Shown one piece after another: positions 26,421 through 40,640 of a DNA stretch of 64,000 nucleotides. The position numbers and the translations under genes are program-made. How positions within the stretch are numbered: position 1 is the first letter of the stretch; the number at the start of each line of letters is the position of its first letter. The notes under the pieces were generated by a model. The model saw only the letters and a list, made by a program, of their open reading frames with translations. It was not told the origin of the DNA and did no database searches. The stretch spans positions 27,481 to 91,480 of the forward strand of contig NW_021833062.1 in the NCBI RefSeq assembly GCF_006345805.1, written 5' to 3'. This DNA is from Octopus sinensis. Its lineage: Eukaryota.

Positions 26421-26871
26421 ACAGTTTTATAAAGTAATTGTCATTAAGCGATATAATATAACAAATTCTCGCATTAGGTTTTTGAGATTTAATGGGGCAT
26501 TGTTTGGAAAGCCAGTCCTCAGCAAATAATCGAAAACTAACGGAACCCCAAACTTTCTATTAAATCTAGCAAATAAATATAGCTACACTCCAGCGAGTAT
26601 AAGGTTCATGCCTGTTGGTGGGAAGTGATGGAATGCCGCGTCAGCTGATACCCGTGTGTGTCACGTAAGGATTTTATATATTTTATATCTATATAAGTAT
26701 TCGTTTTTTTCTTTGTCAGTTTCACAACACATCAAATATTTGAGTTTTATGTTGAAACATGAAGGAATTTAAAGATCATTCCACGCAATATAGAATCCAA
26801 AAAACCTGTCTAGAATTAAGTAATATCAGTGAAATATTACATCGATCTCATTCTAATTATGTTATATTAAG

Positions 26872-26956
26872 ACACTGACACCGACTTCCAGACACATCAT
26901 GAAGACTGCAATATCAGACGAATAATAGAATATATCTACTTACAGTGCTTCTTTAT
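26872..26956 (+). CDS. Candidate exon 4 (TDTDFQTHHEDCNIRRIIEYIYLQCFF), phase 1 to 2
   Basis: Branch-like CTAAT at 26853, acceptor TATTAAG|, donor AT|GTATGT, stop-free, brings Cys total to 10; weak pyrimidine tract. Confidence 0.5.
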
Positions 26957-27164
26957 GTATGTTTGTGTTTCTAAGTAATATATATAGTTGAAATATACAA
27001 AAAAAAAAACGAAACGCGAAGAGGGGTGTATAAACAGGAAGCAGTTGTCTTAGTTTGATGCTAGGGAAGGAGAGAAAGACTATAGCGGCGGTTATGGCAA
27101 TCAATCTTGGCTATATATATATATGTGTCTGTGGGTGTGTGTATGTGTGTTTATAGATCCATAA

Positions 27165-27207
<43 letters not shown>

Positions 27208-27239
27208 CATACATACATATATATACACATACACACACA

Positions 27240-27314
<75 letters not shown>

Positions 27315-27316
<2 letters not shown>

Positions 27317-27515
27317 GGGAGAGTTTACGAAAAAAACAAAAGACGAAGATAGGTGGTGTAAAGCACAAACAGATGTATTAATATAACTCTCAGGAATAGA
27401 AGTCTTTTTCGTTTCGAGCCTACGCTCTTCTACAGAAAGAGAAACACAAAAAGCAAGGGCAGAAACAAGGGGAGAAAAATATGTGTGTCGTGGCTAACGA
27501 TCTCTCTCATGGCAG
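27315..27515 (-). mobile_element. Short interspersed repeat next to (TA)n carrying a hammerhead-like motif
   Basis: Homologous to 44300-44490; remnant also at ~26995-27100. Confidence 0.6.
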
Positions 27516-27679
27516 GCCGTTCCAAAAGACACTATATTATTTCGTAATCTAATGACTTTGCTATTTCTTGTACAATTGACTTCAAATGTTAACAGCATCG
27601 ATAAAAATAAGTCAAAATATTATGGTTAAAGTTTGATATGTTTTTAAGTATAGGAATTGCATTCACTATAAATGATAAT

Positions 27680-28222
27680 GATATTTGTGTGTTGGAATAT
27701 GGTCGACCACAGTCGAACAAGACTGTGCAGTTTACTTTGATGATGGATTTCACTAAAAGGTCGCCAACGGCAAAGCGGTTTTGGACCTGGCTCAAAAACT
27801 TCAAAAGCTAAGATTGTCTGTGCAGGGGAAGACGATCAGGACGAGCACTAACATTGGACGAGACAGTCGAGGAGGCTAGCCCGAAACTCTTTGAAAGTTC
27901 CAAGATCTCCATGAGAAGAACAAGTTTGGAAATCCAGATTCCGCCAATGACTGTTTAGCTCGACCTGATGAAACACTACAAGCTGAGGTTCATTCAGGCC
28001 ATAATGGCAGACGACAAGCGACTGCGCAAACAAGGGGCTATGTGAAGGGCTTGGTCTATGCCACCTACACCCTTTCTGAAAACCTAGAGGAACTCGAGCA
28101 GAGAATCACTACCGCACTGGAGACTGTGACACAAGACATGCTGCCGAGTTTTTGGGAGGAGGTACATTAACGCCATGGCGTGTGCCCTTCCTTAGGCGTT
28201 GCGAATATCAGACATTTGTGAT
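27680..28222 (+). mobile_element. Tc1/mariner transposase fossil with DDE core deleted
   Basis: CVLEYGRPQSNKTVQ..CLCRGRRSGR..SMRRTSLEIQIP joined to GYVKGLVY..NLEELEQRITTALETVTQDML..IRHL*. Confidence 0.7.
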
Positions 28223-28392
28223 ATTCTTCATGGAATCCACGTCCATTTGAATTCCTGATGCAATTTTTGCAGGAATACGTCAATGCTGACCAAATTTAAA
28301 CCTGTTTAGTTTCAATTTCTTTTGGCTATGTAATTTCTGTGATGTTTATATCTCAAAAGATATCAAAGATCTTGGAAGTAAAGCACTGTATG

Positions 28393-28484
<92 letters not shown>

Positions 28485-28486
<2 letters not shown>

Positions 28487-29010
28487 GTGTGAGTGATCAT
28501 TCAAAATTCTTTCATTACTCACTTCCAATTATTGCAGGAAACGGGAATTGTACAATTATAATCATACATGTCTCTACATGTCACGTTGTAGAGACCTATG
28601 AGCAGTTTTCCACAAATCTACTTTTGCGGCTGTTGAAGTGACGAAAAGGTTATAATGACGGTAGAACAATCTAGATGATTAACGTTCTTACACCTAAAGA
28701 GATATTCACTGAGAAATAGAAGTTTATGGTGAAAATGCTCTATCGTAAGACGTAGTGAGGCACTGGCATCACCTTTTCCAGTTTGGTGAGAAATCGGTTG
28801 AATCTACAGTGATTCCTGGACAACCATATACAACCACATGTGACGACACCATTACTAAAATGGAAGATACCATTTCTGAAGTATTGGCGACTTAATTCTC
28901 GGCAATTCCCCCAAGAAGTGTTCATAAATGTAAGAATGTAGGATCCATGGAAAACTGATCACGGCCATTTGCATTTGCGGAAGGCGCCTACATGATGGAT
29001 TACCCTGATA
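28485..29010 (+). mobile_element. Possible mariner remnant
   Basis: EVYGENALS..VVRHW..F..G..SVES..IPGQP resembles the mariner N-terminal HTH region; heavily decayed. Confidence 0.4.
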
Positions 29011-29204
29011 CTGATATGTGTATATATACATAAAGATATATTTACGTACAAACACGCACACACACACACACACACACACTCAAACACACACACATATATA
29101 TATATTCGCTCCAACATTCGAAACTCGATTACTTTGACCATATAATTTTTTTTATTTTCTCAAAATAAAAACATATATATATATATATATATGTATATAC
29201 GTAT

Positions 29205-29276
<72 letters not shown>

Positions 29277-29366
29277 GTGTCCTGTGACACACAAATATCT
29301 AAAGTATATTTCTCTTTTCCCTTAGTTTTATAATAACTTCATACCATATTATTTCTTTTTCTGCAG

Positions 29367-29520
29367 GACCTCACTGGGATGAAAATAACAATCTTCAGAA
29401 ATACGACTGAGCCACAGTACCTTCAGTTTATGTGTATGGTTTCAATGAATACCATTAGAGTAACACAGCTAAAATATCACATTGCTTTTCGGTTAATATT
29501 GCCTATAATATCACAATAAA
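29367..29520 (+). CDS. Candidate terminal exon 5 (coding 29367-29382, M-TSLG*; 3'UTR to AATAAA 29515-29520)
   Basis: Strong acceptor TTTCTTTTTCTGCAG|, phase-2 join gives ATG ACC TCA CTG GGA TGA; polyA signal downstream. Confidence 0.5.
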
Positions 29521-29929
29521 TCAAAGATGTATCTCTTTAATAATCCTCGCACTGGCGATTAGAACTTTGACTTTGTAAAAGACTGATGGTAAATATATTT
29601 AAAACGAATCCTAATTAACTGTGCAATATCATGGCAGATCGTAATGCAAATTTGTGAAGACGATCCAGTAGGCAATAAAATACAATTTCGTTACTAAAAC
29701 ATTCGTATGACTATTATTACATTTTATGTGTTCATACCATTACACACATCACTGCAAATCGCGCTCGCACGCACATATACACACACGCACACATACACAC
29801 ACTCATATGTATATATATATATATAAGATTAGAAGAGGCTGTCATGCGTTGTACACTGAAAATTATCAAAACAACGTTTAACAGCAACGCCGGATAACAA
29901 TCAATATCCAGAAAAAAACTAAATTACGA

Positions 29930-30127
29930 ATACTTATTTCTTTATTGCCCACAGGATATTAAACAAAGATACGACAAACAAGGACCCAGAAAGGGATTAA
30001 GACAATTACATAGACCACAGCAATTAAAAGGTACTTCTTTATTCGTCCCCGAAATGATGAAGTTCAAAGTCGACTCCGGCGGAATTTGAACTCACAATGT
30101 AACAGTAGACGTAATACCACTAGGCAT
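29930..30127 (-). mobile_element. tRNA-derived SINE fragment
   Basis: Reverse-strand B-box-like GAGTTCAAATTCC followed by GCCGGAGTCGACTTTG; A-rich tail. Confidence 0.6.
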
Positions 30128-30324
30128 AACAAATATTGCCTGAGTGTAAACAGAATCGCGACAGAAGAATGAGCGAATTACATTCAGGTTCTGAATGCAT
30201 TTTTAATTTAGTAGATATATTGCAATTACCACAATTTTTCTAATTATCTACATTAGAAATACGTCTTTTACTTTAACCGATAGAATCACATATATGTATA
30301 AACGCAGACACATATATAATGCTT

Positions 30325-30485
<161 letters not shown>

Positions 30486-31309
30486 ATATATGTGTGGGGG
30501 TTGTATGTATATATCTATATATGTATATCTAAGTATATGTGCGTGTACGTATATGTATATATTATCGTATATATCTATTTGTTTGTAAGTGTGTGAAATG
30601 TACTGATAAACAAATAATGAAGACAAGTAGTATTTCAAAAGTTTTACTTAAAAATTACCAGCAGGTTTCGGAATTTAATCTTGTTCCAAACATATATTTC
30701 AGTCGCCTCATGTAGATTTTAGACGGAATAAAAATATAAGAGAAGTATTAACCTCTATTTCTGACTACGCGAAAACTAACATTGGAGTGTCTGTATGCTG
30801 TACACTAAAAAATTGACACAAGAGAAGACAGCCCTGCTCATTGTGGAGCAATATGTGATTAGTCGATTCCGTCAGGAAACATAGCAGAAATGTTACGATT
30901 TGAATGGTGCGTGGAACCTGTAAAATATCACATTTGGAGTACTCAGAAGAATGCATAATACAAAACCTGCGTCCTATTGGTTGAGCAATAGAACAATTAA
31001 ACTAAACATTTAATTGGGAAGATATGAGAGGCCAAGTACAATAACAGTAGTAAAATATTTTAGATTAAACGGGGGTAATTTTTAAAAAGAATTGAATGTG
31101 CATATTCTCAGAAAATATTCATAATCTGTTAGACATTCAGTCCTCCAAATGCAGGAAGAGAAATATATTTGTGAGATATTAACACGACGACCTGGATACA
31201 TTAATAAAATGACAGTAGAATTTCCTCATATATAAAAAATTCTGGTTCAAATTTTGGTTACGAATTCCTATAATTTTGAATTTCTATTTAGAAGAAGAAG
31301 AAAAAGAAG

Positions 31310-32622
31310 AAGAAAAATACGTAAACTTTTGACAATGCATAGAATGCACCACCCTAAGTCAGATACAGAACGACTTTATCTGCCAAGAAAAGAGGGAGGC
31401 CGTGTACTTTTACAACTGGCAATAACAATGAAGATTGCTACAATTGGCCTAGACACCTACCTGAAAATCTCTGAGGACTGGATGTTAAAACTTGTTTCAA
31501 AACATGAAAACAAAAAAGCATCATACTCAGTAACAAAACAGGCAAAGCAATATCTAAGTGAATTCCGAATACAACAAATTTCGGAATTGGAGATAGACAT
31601 ATTAGAAACAGGCACAGAAAATGGTAAGCGCATGAAAACCCGTGCTAAATCTGCGGCCTTAGATATTTTGAATAATAAATGGCAAGAAAAACCTCTCTAT
31701 GGCAAATACCCAAAGAGAGCGAATAATGCAGTTGTTGACAAAAACCCTAACCCATCAATGGCTAATTGCCTCTGGCTTAAAATCTGAAACAGAGGTGTTT
31801 GTCAATACAGCTCAAGATCAATGCCTACCAACAAGAAACTATCAGCCCAATAATATTAAATTTCAGCAGCAGTCCAACGTGTCGTGTATGCCAGCAACAA
31901 AATGAAACCATTGATCATGTGGTCTCCAAGTGCAGTCTTCTAGCGCCTTCAGAATATCTCAACAGGCATGATAGAACTGCACAATATATTCAATGGGTAA
32001 TTTGCAAAAACCTGGATTTGCCCCATGATAAAAACTTGTGGGAACACAATCCAACCCCAGTGCTTGAAAATGACCACATCTCACTCCTCTGGAACTTCAC
32101 CATTCAAACTGACAGAAAGATAGATGCAAATAGGCCAGACATCATATTGAAAGACTTCAAACAAAGAACATGCCACCTCATTGATATGACTGTCCCAATC
32201 GATATAAACGTATCTGTCAAGACCTACTAAAAACTGAGCAAATATAAAGATCTTGAAATAGAAATCAGCAAAATGTGGAACCTGAAGACTAAAACGATAC
32301 CTGTTGTCATAGGTGCCCTGGGCATCATAGCAAAAGGGGCTAATAGCTACCTAACTCAGATACCAGGAAACCCCAAAATGGCAGAAATTCAAAAGCTACT
32401 GCTAATGGGAACTGCCATATCCTACGCAAAATACTTTCTATGTAATCTCAAGGTTTAAAACAAACATTTTTTTGTAGACATCCACTAGTAGAAAACAAAA
32501 AACAACCAAATATGTGGGACACTAGGCATAATAACAACTTGAAGTTCCAACCTGTTGTCTCTTGAGGTCTCTGGGTGAGATTTTGAGCCAACTGGTACAA
32601 ATACAAAGCAAATGTCAAACAT
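31310..32622 (+). mobile_element. R4/Dong-type element family C
   Basis: HRMHHPKSDTERLY, CRVC..ETIDH..C, RHD, RPDIILKD. Confidence 0.9.
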
Positions 32623-32698
32623 ATAATAATAATAATAATAATAATAATAGTAATAATAATAATAATAATAAAATAATAATAATAAAATAATAATAATA

Positions 32699-32736
<38 letters not shown>

Positions 32737-32774
32737 TAATAATAATAATAATAATAAAATAATAATAATAATAA

Positions 32775-34213
32775 TGTTATAGGAGACTTCGTGCAGTCCT
32801 GAAATCTGAACTAAATGCACGTAGCAAGGTGTTAGCTATAAATTCCTTAGCAGTTCCAGTTGTTACTTATAGCTACAATGTGTTGAACTGGAATATGAGT
32901 GAAGTAAAGAATATAGATAGGAAAATACGCAAGCTGCTGAGTTGTAATAGGATGCACCACCCAAAGGTAGACGTAGATCGCCTTTACCTTCCCAGAGCCC
33001 AAGGAGGTCGAGGCCTGATCCAATTTGAACTAGCTTACAAAACAACCACAATTGGACTGGCCAAATATCTCGAAATATCGAATGACTGGATGCTAAAGCT
33101 CGTGGAAAATCACGAGAGACGAAAGAAGCTTCATTCTATCATAAAGGAAAGCAAAAACTTTGCTATTGATCTCGTGCAGGATACCCAAACTGTACAACCC
33201 GAGGGAAGTACGGCAACTATTGTTGCAAAGAAGGTGAAAATGATGGCAACGAAAAAAGCGCACGAGCAATTGGCTGATCGGTCGGAGGAGAAACCTCTGC
33301 ACGGCAAATATGTGACCCGCAGGAAACAAGCTGATGTTGACCAGGAGCAAACCCATACGTGGCCACGGAGCTCAGGGCTAAAAGCTGAGAGCGAAGGTTT
33401 CATCCTGGCTGCTCAAGATCAAAACCTATTAACCCGGAACTACCAGGCCAATGTGATGAAAAATGGAGCAGACCCAAAATACCGATTCTTCAACGACATG
33501 ATTGAAACAGTGGACCACCTAATCTCTGGAGGTAAAGTCTTAGCACCAGTGGAGTATAAATTAAGACATGACAGAGTTGGCCAATATCTCCACTGGCTAA
33601 TAAGTCGGCATTACAATATCAAAACTGCCGAGAAGTGGTATAATCACCACCCTGAGGCTGTAACTGATGGAGAAAATGTAACCATTCTGTGGGACTTTCC
33701 AGTATATACAGACCGAATCATCAAGGCCAATAAACCAGATATTGTTGTGAAAGACCCAAACAATAAAGTTTGCTTATTGATCGACATGAGCATCTCCTGT
33801 GATCATAATATCTCAGCGAAAGAGTTTGACAAGCTCAGAAAATATAAAGACCTACTCATTGAAATTGAGAAAATGTGGCATCTCAAGGCGGTTACAATAC
33901 CAGTGATCGTAGGAGCACTAGGAATGATCAAGAAGGGAACCGAAAATTATATGAGAATGATCCCTGGCTTACCATCCCTGCAAGAAGTGCAAAAGATTGT
34001 CTTAACTGGTACATCACACGTATTGAGAAGAGCATTGTCGATGTGAGAACTGTTGCTGCTCATGTATTTTAATGTAACTTAAGAAAAATAAAAAAATGAA
34101 CGAACTATTGACTTTTGTTTAATGGCCTAGCAATGTATACTATGAGATTCTTTGCCCTAGGAGTCGGGAAGAGATTCGGCAAGAAATGGAAGCAAATTTG
34201 AAAGAAGAAAAAA
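32775..34213 (+). mobile_element. R4/Dong-type element family B; contains the longest ORF of the window (32829-34046)
   Basis: 405-aa open post-RT region plus RLE (RHD, KPDIVV..LID..KYKDL); RT core missing and zinc-knuckle Cys residues mutated, so non-autonomous. Confidence 0.92.
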
Positions 34214-34236
34214 TAGTAATAATAATAATAATAATA

Positions 34237-34310
<74 letters not shown>

Positions 34311-34345
34311 CCAATAATAATAATGGTAATAATAATAATAATATT

Positions 34346-34391
<46 letters not shown>

Positions 34392-34444
34392 TAATAATAA
34401 TAATAATAATAATAATAAAATAATAATAATAATAATAATAATAA

Positions 34445-35321
34445 TGCTGATGTAGACCAAGCAACAACCCATCAGTGGCTGAAGATTTCTGGATTGAAAG
34501 CAGAGACTGAAAGCTTCATAATAGCAGCACAAGATCAAATCTTGTTTACCAGAAATTACCAGGCTAAAGTTCTCCGAAACGGTACTGACCCTAAATGCAG
34601 ATTCTGCGACACATTTGACGAAACGATAGACCATCTCGTTTCGGGATGTCCTGTGCTGACACGAAACGAATTCAAAAATCGCCACGATAGGGTAGGACAG
34701 TATATACATTGGAAGATATGTAAATACTACAAATTCGACACCCCTGCTAACCGGTATGAACACCATCCTCAGCCGGTTGTTGAAGGTAAGGATGTCACCA
34801 TCCACTGGGATTTTCCAGTCAACACTGACAGAACGATCAAGGCTAAACGAACAGACATAATTGTTAAAGACAGGGAAGAAAATACCTGCTGACTAATAGA
34901 AGTAAGCGTCCCAACTGATAAAAATGTATCTGTAAAGGAATTTGACAAACTTAGTAAATATAAGGTCCTGGAAATCGAAATACAAAAGATGTGGAATCTT
35001 AAAATAAAAACTGTTCCTGTTATTGTAGGTGCTCTGGGTATGATAAAAAAGGGATGTCAGAAAGACCTAGACAATATCACTGGAGAACCATGTCTCAAGG
35101 AAATCCAAAAGATTGTGCTAACAAGTATTGCCCACATCCTTAGAAAAACACTATCAATGTAAATGTTTGTGTTTGTATTACATGGAGATATTTCTCTGCT
35201 CCCCTCACCAAGCTTTCAGCTATATTTCAACAACTCTTAACCTTCACTTGCCCTAGGGCGCTGGGTGTGCCCCGGCAAGTGATTGCATCAAACATGCAGA
35301 TTAAAAGTAAATGACAATGAT
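34445..35321 (+). mobile_element. R4/Dong-type element family A
   Basis: AETESFIIAAQDQ, CRFC..ETIDHLVSGC, RHD; 3' end matches 5713-6224. Confidence 0.9.
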
Positions 35322-35329
35322 AATAATAT

Positions 35330-36590
35330 TAAGGTGGACTATTTGCGCAGATTGAGTCTGATTGAAATAGACGCTATCAATACTTGAGCGGTTTCACTCC
35401 TTATATATAGAGTAGACGTAAACGCATGGACACAAGAGGAACTAAACAGCCGAGAAAAAGAAGAAATTTGTTAACCTGATATGAGAATCTCAACCCAAAA
35501 TGTGATACACACAGGAGTATTTAACAAGTAAAATGAGGAAGAGTACTTATTGGGAGCGAGTGCAGCATAAAACTCTCAAAGGATGAAAGGCAATGTCGAA
35601 CCTGGCAGAATTTGAAGCTATGTAAAAACAATGCTACATAGCAGCTATTATTAGAAGGAAGATGATCAGGCTTGTGCAAGATGAATGATTGCAAAGATAA
35701 AACATTCTAAAAGAAATTGAAAACGAATGAAACTGAAAATTGTTCGGTAAGAAAAGGATGCATCAACAATTTAATAGGGATGTTGAAGATACGATAGACA
35801 GAGAAAAAGGATGAATAAATGTGATTTGAAATCGAAAGCGGTGGCACTAATCTCTGCTGTGTTCGCACTGATTTGTGCTGCCCAAGAGCAAACACTAAGA
35901 ACAAACTACATAAGATACAGAATGTACAACACTGCAGAAAGGTATAAGAGAAGAATCTGTAGACAAAACTGGTAACCCGTACGGCATATTACCAGCAAAT
36001 GTACGCCACTAGCCGAGAAGGAATATAAGAGACGCCACGACAATGTAGCCAAGCCAGTCAATTTGACATTTTGAAACAAGTATGGACTTGACAGAGCAAA
36101 AATTAGATACGACCACAAACCTAAAGGCAACATCGAAAATATAGATGCAAAAATCGTATGGGATTTCATGATTCAATGTGACCATGAGATACAGAATTTT
36201 AAGCCGGAAATAGTCTTAATTGAGAAAGGAAACAATCTATGCTTATTAATACATATAGCATGCCCAGCTGATACCGACGTATTCGATAAGTAAGACATAA
36301 AGGTCGAGAGATATGATAGGTTGGCTTGAGAAGTGAAGCAGTTCTGGTGGAGGTAGCAGTAGTATCAATAATTGTTGGTGCCCTAGGAAGAGTGAGCAAA
36401 AATCGCGAGAACTACGTGGAAGAAATGGAGTCTCCAATAAGGGTGGATAACGTGCTGAAAACAGCACTGCTTGCAAACGCTCGAATACTCCGGAAGGTGC
36501 CCGAAAAATGAGAGGTGTTACGTTAGTTCACTTGTAGGGAACAGCTGACACTGTAATACATTTCCAGTGTTTGAAGTTATGCAAAGTCTA
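35330..36590 (+). mobile_element. R4/Dong-type element family E, strongly degenerate, followed by (CTA)n
   Basis: ICAAQEQTLRTNY, YKRRHDNVA, KIVWDF, IIVGALG, ARILRKV. Confidence 0.8.
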
Positions 36591-36879
36591 CTGCTGCTAC
36601 TACTACTACTACTACTACTACTACTAACTACTACTACTACTACTACTACTGCTACTACTACTACAACAACTACTACTACTACTACTGCTAATGCTACTGC
36701 TGCTGCTACGACTACTACTACTACTACTTCTAATATTACTATTACTTCTACTACTATAAATACTAATACTAATACTACTATCATTACTACTAATAATAAT
36801 AATTATAATACTAATACTAATAATAATCAATAATAATAATAACAATAAAAATGATAATAATAATTATAATAATAATAAC

Positions 36880-36920
<41 letters not shown>

Positions 36921-37297
36921 TATTAATAATAACAATAAAAATAATAATAATAATAATAATAAAAATAATAATAATATAATAATAATAACAATAATAATAA
37001 TAATAATAAAATAATAATAATAATAATAAGAAGAAGAAGAAAAAGAAGAAGAAGAAGAGAAGAAGAAGAAGAGAAGAAGAAGAAGAAGAAGAAGAGAAGA
37101 AGAAGAAGAAGAAGAAGAAGAAAAAGAAGAAGAAGAAGAAGAGAAGAAGAAGAAGAAGAAGAGAAGAAGAAGAAGAAGAAGAAGAAGAAGAAGAAGAAGA
37201 AGAAGAAGAAGAAGAAGAAGAAGAAGAGAAGAAGAAGAAGAAGAAGAAGAAGAAGAAGAAGAAGAAGAAGAAGAAGAAAAAGAAGAAGAAGAAGAAA
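36590..37297. repeat. Compound (CTA)n-(TAA)n-(GAA)n microsatellite
   Basis: Direct reading; purine-only GAA tract ~37029-37297. Confidence 0.95.
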
Positions 37298-38601
37298 AAT
37301 ACGTAAACTTTTGACAATGCATAGAATGCACCACCCTAAGGCAGATACAGAACGACTTTATCCGCCAAGAAAACAGGGAGGCCGTTGAATTTTACAACTG
37401 GCAATAACAATGAAGATTGCTACAATTGGGCTAGACACCTATCTGATAAAGTCTGAGGACTGGATGTTAAAACTTGTCTCAAGACATGAAAACAAGAAAG
37501 CATCATACTTAGTAACAAAACAGGCAAATGAATATCTAAGTGAATTCCGAATACAACAAATTCTGAAATTAGAGATTGACATACATGAAACAAGCACAGA
37601 AAAAGCTAAGCGCATGAAAACCCGTGCTAAATCTGCGGCCTTAGTTTTTTCTGAATGATAAATGGCAAGAAAATCCTCTCTATGGCAAATACCCAAAGTG
37701 AGCGAATAATACACATGTTGATAAAGCCTTGACCCAGCAGTGGCTAATGGCCTCTGGCTTAAAATCTGAAACAGAGGTGTTTGTCAATACAGCTCAAGAT
37801 CAATGCCTACCAACAAGAAACTACCAGGCCAACATATTAAAAATCGGCAGTAGCCCAAAGTGTCGTGTATGCCAGCAACAAAATGAAACCATTAAACATG
37901 TGGTCTGCATGTGCATTCTTCTAGTGTCTTCAGAGTATCTCAACAGGCATGATAGAGCTGCACAAAATATTCACTGGGTAATCTGCAAAAACCTGGATTT
38001 GCCCCATGATAAAAACTGGTGGGGACACAAATCACCCCCAGTGCTTGAAAATGACCACATCTCACTCCTTTTGAACTTCACCATTCAAACTGACAGAAAG
38101 ATAGATGCAAAGAGGCCAGACATCATATTGAAAGACATCAAACAAAGAACATGCCTCCTCATCGATATGACTGTCCCAATCGATATAAACGTATCTGTCA
38201 AGACCTACCAAAAACTGAGCAAATATGAAGATCTTGAAATAGAAATAAGAAAAATATGGAACCTAAAGACTAGAACAACACCTGTTGTCATAGGTGCCCT
38301 GGGCATCATAGCAAAAGGGGCTGATTGCTACCTAACTCAGATACCAGGAAACCCCAAAATGGCAGAAATTCAAAAGATAGTGCTCATGGGAACTGCTCAT
38401 ATCCTAACCAAAATACATTCTATGTAATCTCAAGGTTTAAAACAAACATTTTTTTGTATACATGCACTAGTACAACACGAAAACAACCAAATATGTGGCA
38501 CACTAGGCATCACAACAACTTGAATTTGCAACCTGTTGTCTCTTGAGGTCTCTGGGTGAGACTTGGAGCCAACTTGTACAAATACAAAGCGAAAGCCAAA
38601 C

Positions 38602-38603
<2 letters not shown>
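37293..38603 (+). mobile_element. R4/Dong-type element family C
   Basis: ORF 37729-38427 with CRVC, RHD, RPDII, PVVIGALG. Confidence 0.9.
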
Positions 38604-38663
<60 letters not shown>

Positions 38664-38722
38664 GTAATAATAATAATAAAATAATAATAACAACAATAAT
38701 AATAATAATATTAATAATAATA

Positions 38723-39380
38723 ATTTAGACATGACAGAGTTGGCCAATATCTCCACTGGCTAATAAGTCGGCATTACAATATCAAAACTGCCGACAAGTG
38801 GTATAATCAGCACCCTGAGGCTGTAACTGAAGGAGAAAATGTAACCATTCTGTGGGACTTTCCAGTACATACAGACCGAACCATCAAGGCCAATAAACAA
38901 GATATTGTTGTGAAAGACCAAAACAATAAAGTTTGCTTATTGATCTACATGAGTATCCCCTGTGATCATAATATCTCAGCGAAAGAGTTTGACAAGCTCA
39001 GAAAATATAAAGACCTACTCATTGAAATTGAGAAAATGTGGCATCTCAAGGCGGTTACAATACCAGTGATCGTAGGAGCACTAGGAATGATCAAGAAGGG
39101 AACCGAAAATTATATGAGAATGATCCCTGGCTTACCATCCCTGCAAGAAGTGCAAAAGATTGTCTTAACTAGTACATTACACGTATTGAGAAGAGCATTG
39201 TCGATGTGGGAACTGTTGCTGCTCATGTATTTCAATTTAACTTTAAAAAATTTAAAAAAAGGAACGAAATACTGAGTTTGGTTTAATGGCCTACCAATGT
39301 ATACTATGAGTTTCTTTGCCCTAGCAGTCGGGAAGACACTCGGCAAGAAATGGAAGCAAATTTGAAAGAAGAAAAAAAGC
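38723..39380 (+). mobile_element. R4/Dong-type element family B, short 3' piece
   Basis: RHDRVGQYLHW to HVLRRALSM plus family B 3'UTR. Confidence 0.9.
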
Positions 39381-39404
39381 AATAATAATAATAATAATAA
39401 TAAT

Positions 39405-40640
39405 AAGGTGGAATATTTGCGCAGATTGAGTTTGATTCTCAAGTCGAAATGTATTGGATGGAATAAGACAGACGCTATCAATACTTGAGCGGTTTCACTC
39501 CTTATATATAGAGTAGACATAAACGCATGGAAACAAGAGGAAATAAACAGCCGAGAGAGGAAAGAAATTTGCTATCTTGATATGGGTCTCTCCACCCAAA
39601 ATGTGATACACACAGACTGTATTTACCAAGTAAAATTGAGGAAGAGTACTTAATGGGAGCGAGTGCAGCATAAAACTCTCAAAGGATGAATGGCAATGTC
39701 GAACCTTGCAGAATTTGAAGCTATGTAAAAACAATGCTACAGCGCAGCTATTATTAGAAGGAAGAAGATCAGGCTTGTACAGGATGAATGATTGCAAAGA
39801 TAAAACATTCTTCAAGAAATTGAAAACGAATGAAACTGAAAATATTTCGGTAAGAAAAGGATGCATGAACAATTTCATAGAGATGTTGAAGATACGATAG
39901 ACAGAGAAAAAGATGGCTTAGTATGGCTTAGTATGGCTATATGTGATTTAAAATCGGAAACAGTGGCTCTAATTTACGCTGTGTTCGCACTAATATGTGC
40001 TGCCGAAGAGCAAGCATCAAGAACAAACTACTTAAAATACAGAATGTACATCACTACAGAAAGGTATAAGAGCAGAATCTGTAGACAAAACTGGTAAACC
40101 GTACGGCATATGATCAGCCAATATACGCCACTAGCCGAGAAGAAATATAAGAGACGCCACGAAAATGTAGCCAATCCTGTCAATTTGATATTTTGCAACA
40201 AGTATGGACATGACAAAGCGAAAGCTTGATTCGACCACAAACCTAAAGGCAACGTCGAAAATATAGATGCAAAAATCGTATGGGATTTTATGATTCAATG
40301 TGACCATGAGATATAAAATATTAAGACGTAAATAGTCTTAATTGAGAAGGGAAACAATCTATGCTTATTAATACATATAGCATGCCCAGCTGATACCAAC
40401 GTATTCGATAAGGAAGACATAAATGTCGAGAGATATGATAGGTTGGCTTGAGAAGTGAAGCAGTTGTGGTCGAGGTAGCAGTCGTATCAATAATTGTTGG
40501 TGTCCTAGGAAGAGTGAGCAAAAATCGCGAAAATACTCCGGAAGGTGCCCGAAAAATAAGAGGTGTCACATTAGTCCACTTGTAGCGAACAGCTGACACT
40601 GTAATACATTTCCAATGTTTGAAGTTATGCAAAGTCTACT
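39405..40640 (+). mobile_element. R4/Dong-type element family E, followed by (CTA)n
   Basis: Colinear with 35330-36590, same 5' breakpoint AAGGTGGA.TATTTGCGCAGATTGAG. Confidence 0.8.

Noticed and set aside
26570-26664. Exon-like island ending CAC|GTAAGG (one frame reads ACWWEVMEC)
   Set aside because: Every candidate acceptor gives an in-frame stop in the phase required by exon 3; could be a decayed or alternative terminal exon but is unsupported
26720-26772. Strong acceptor TTTTTTCTTTGTCAG giving an alternative end VSQHIKYLSFMLKHEGI*
   Set aside because: Cannot be excluded, but has no Cys and no nearby polyA signal that I could see; the exon 4-5 model is preferred pending RNA data
32829-34046. 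405-aa ORF as an active or domesticated gene
   Set aside because: 5'-truncated R4 copy with no ATG start, no RT core and a mutated zinc knuckle; openness is explained by young age
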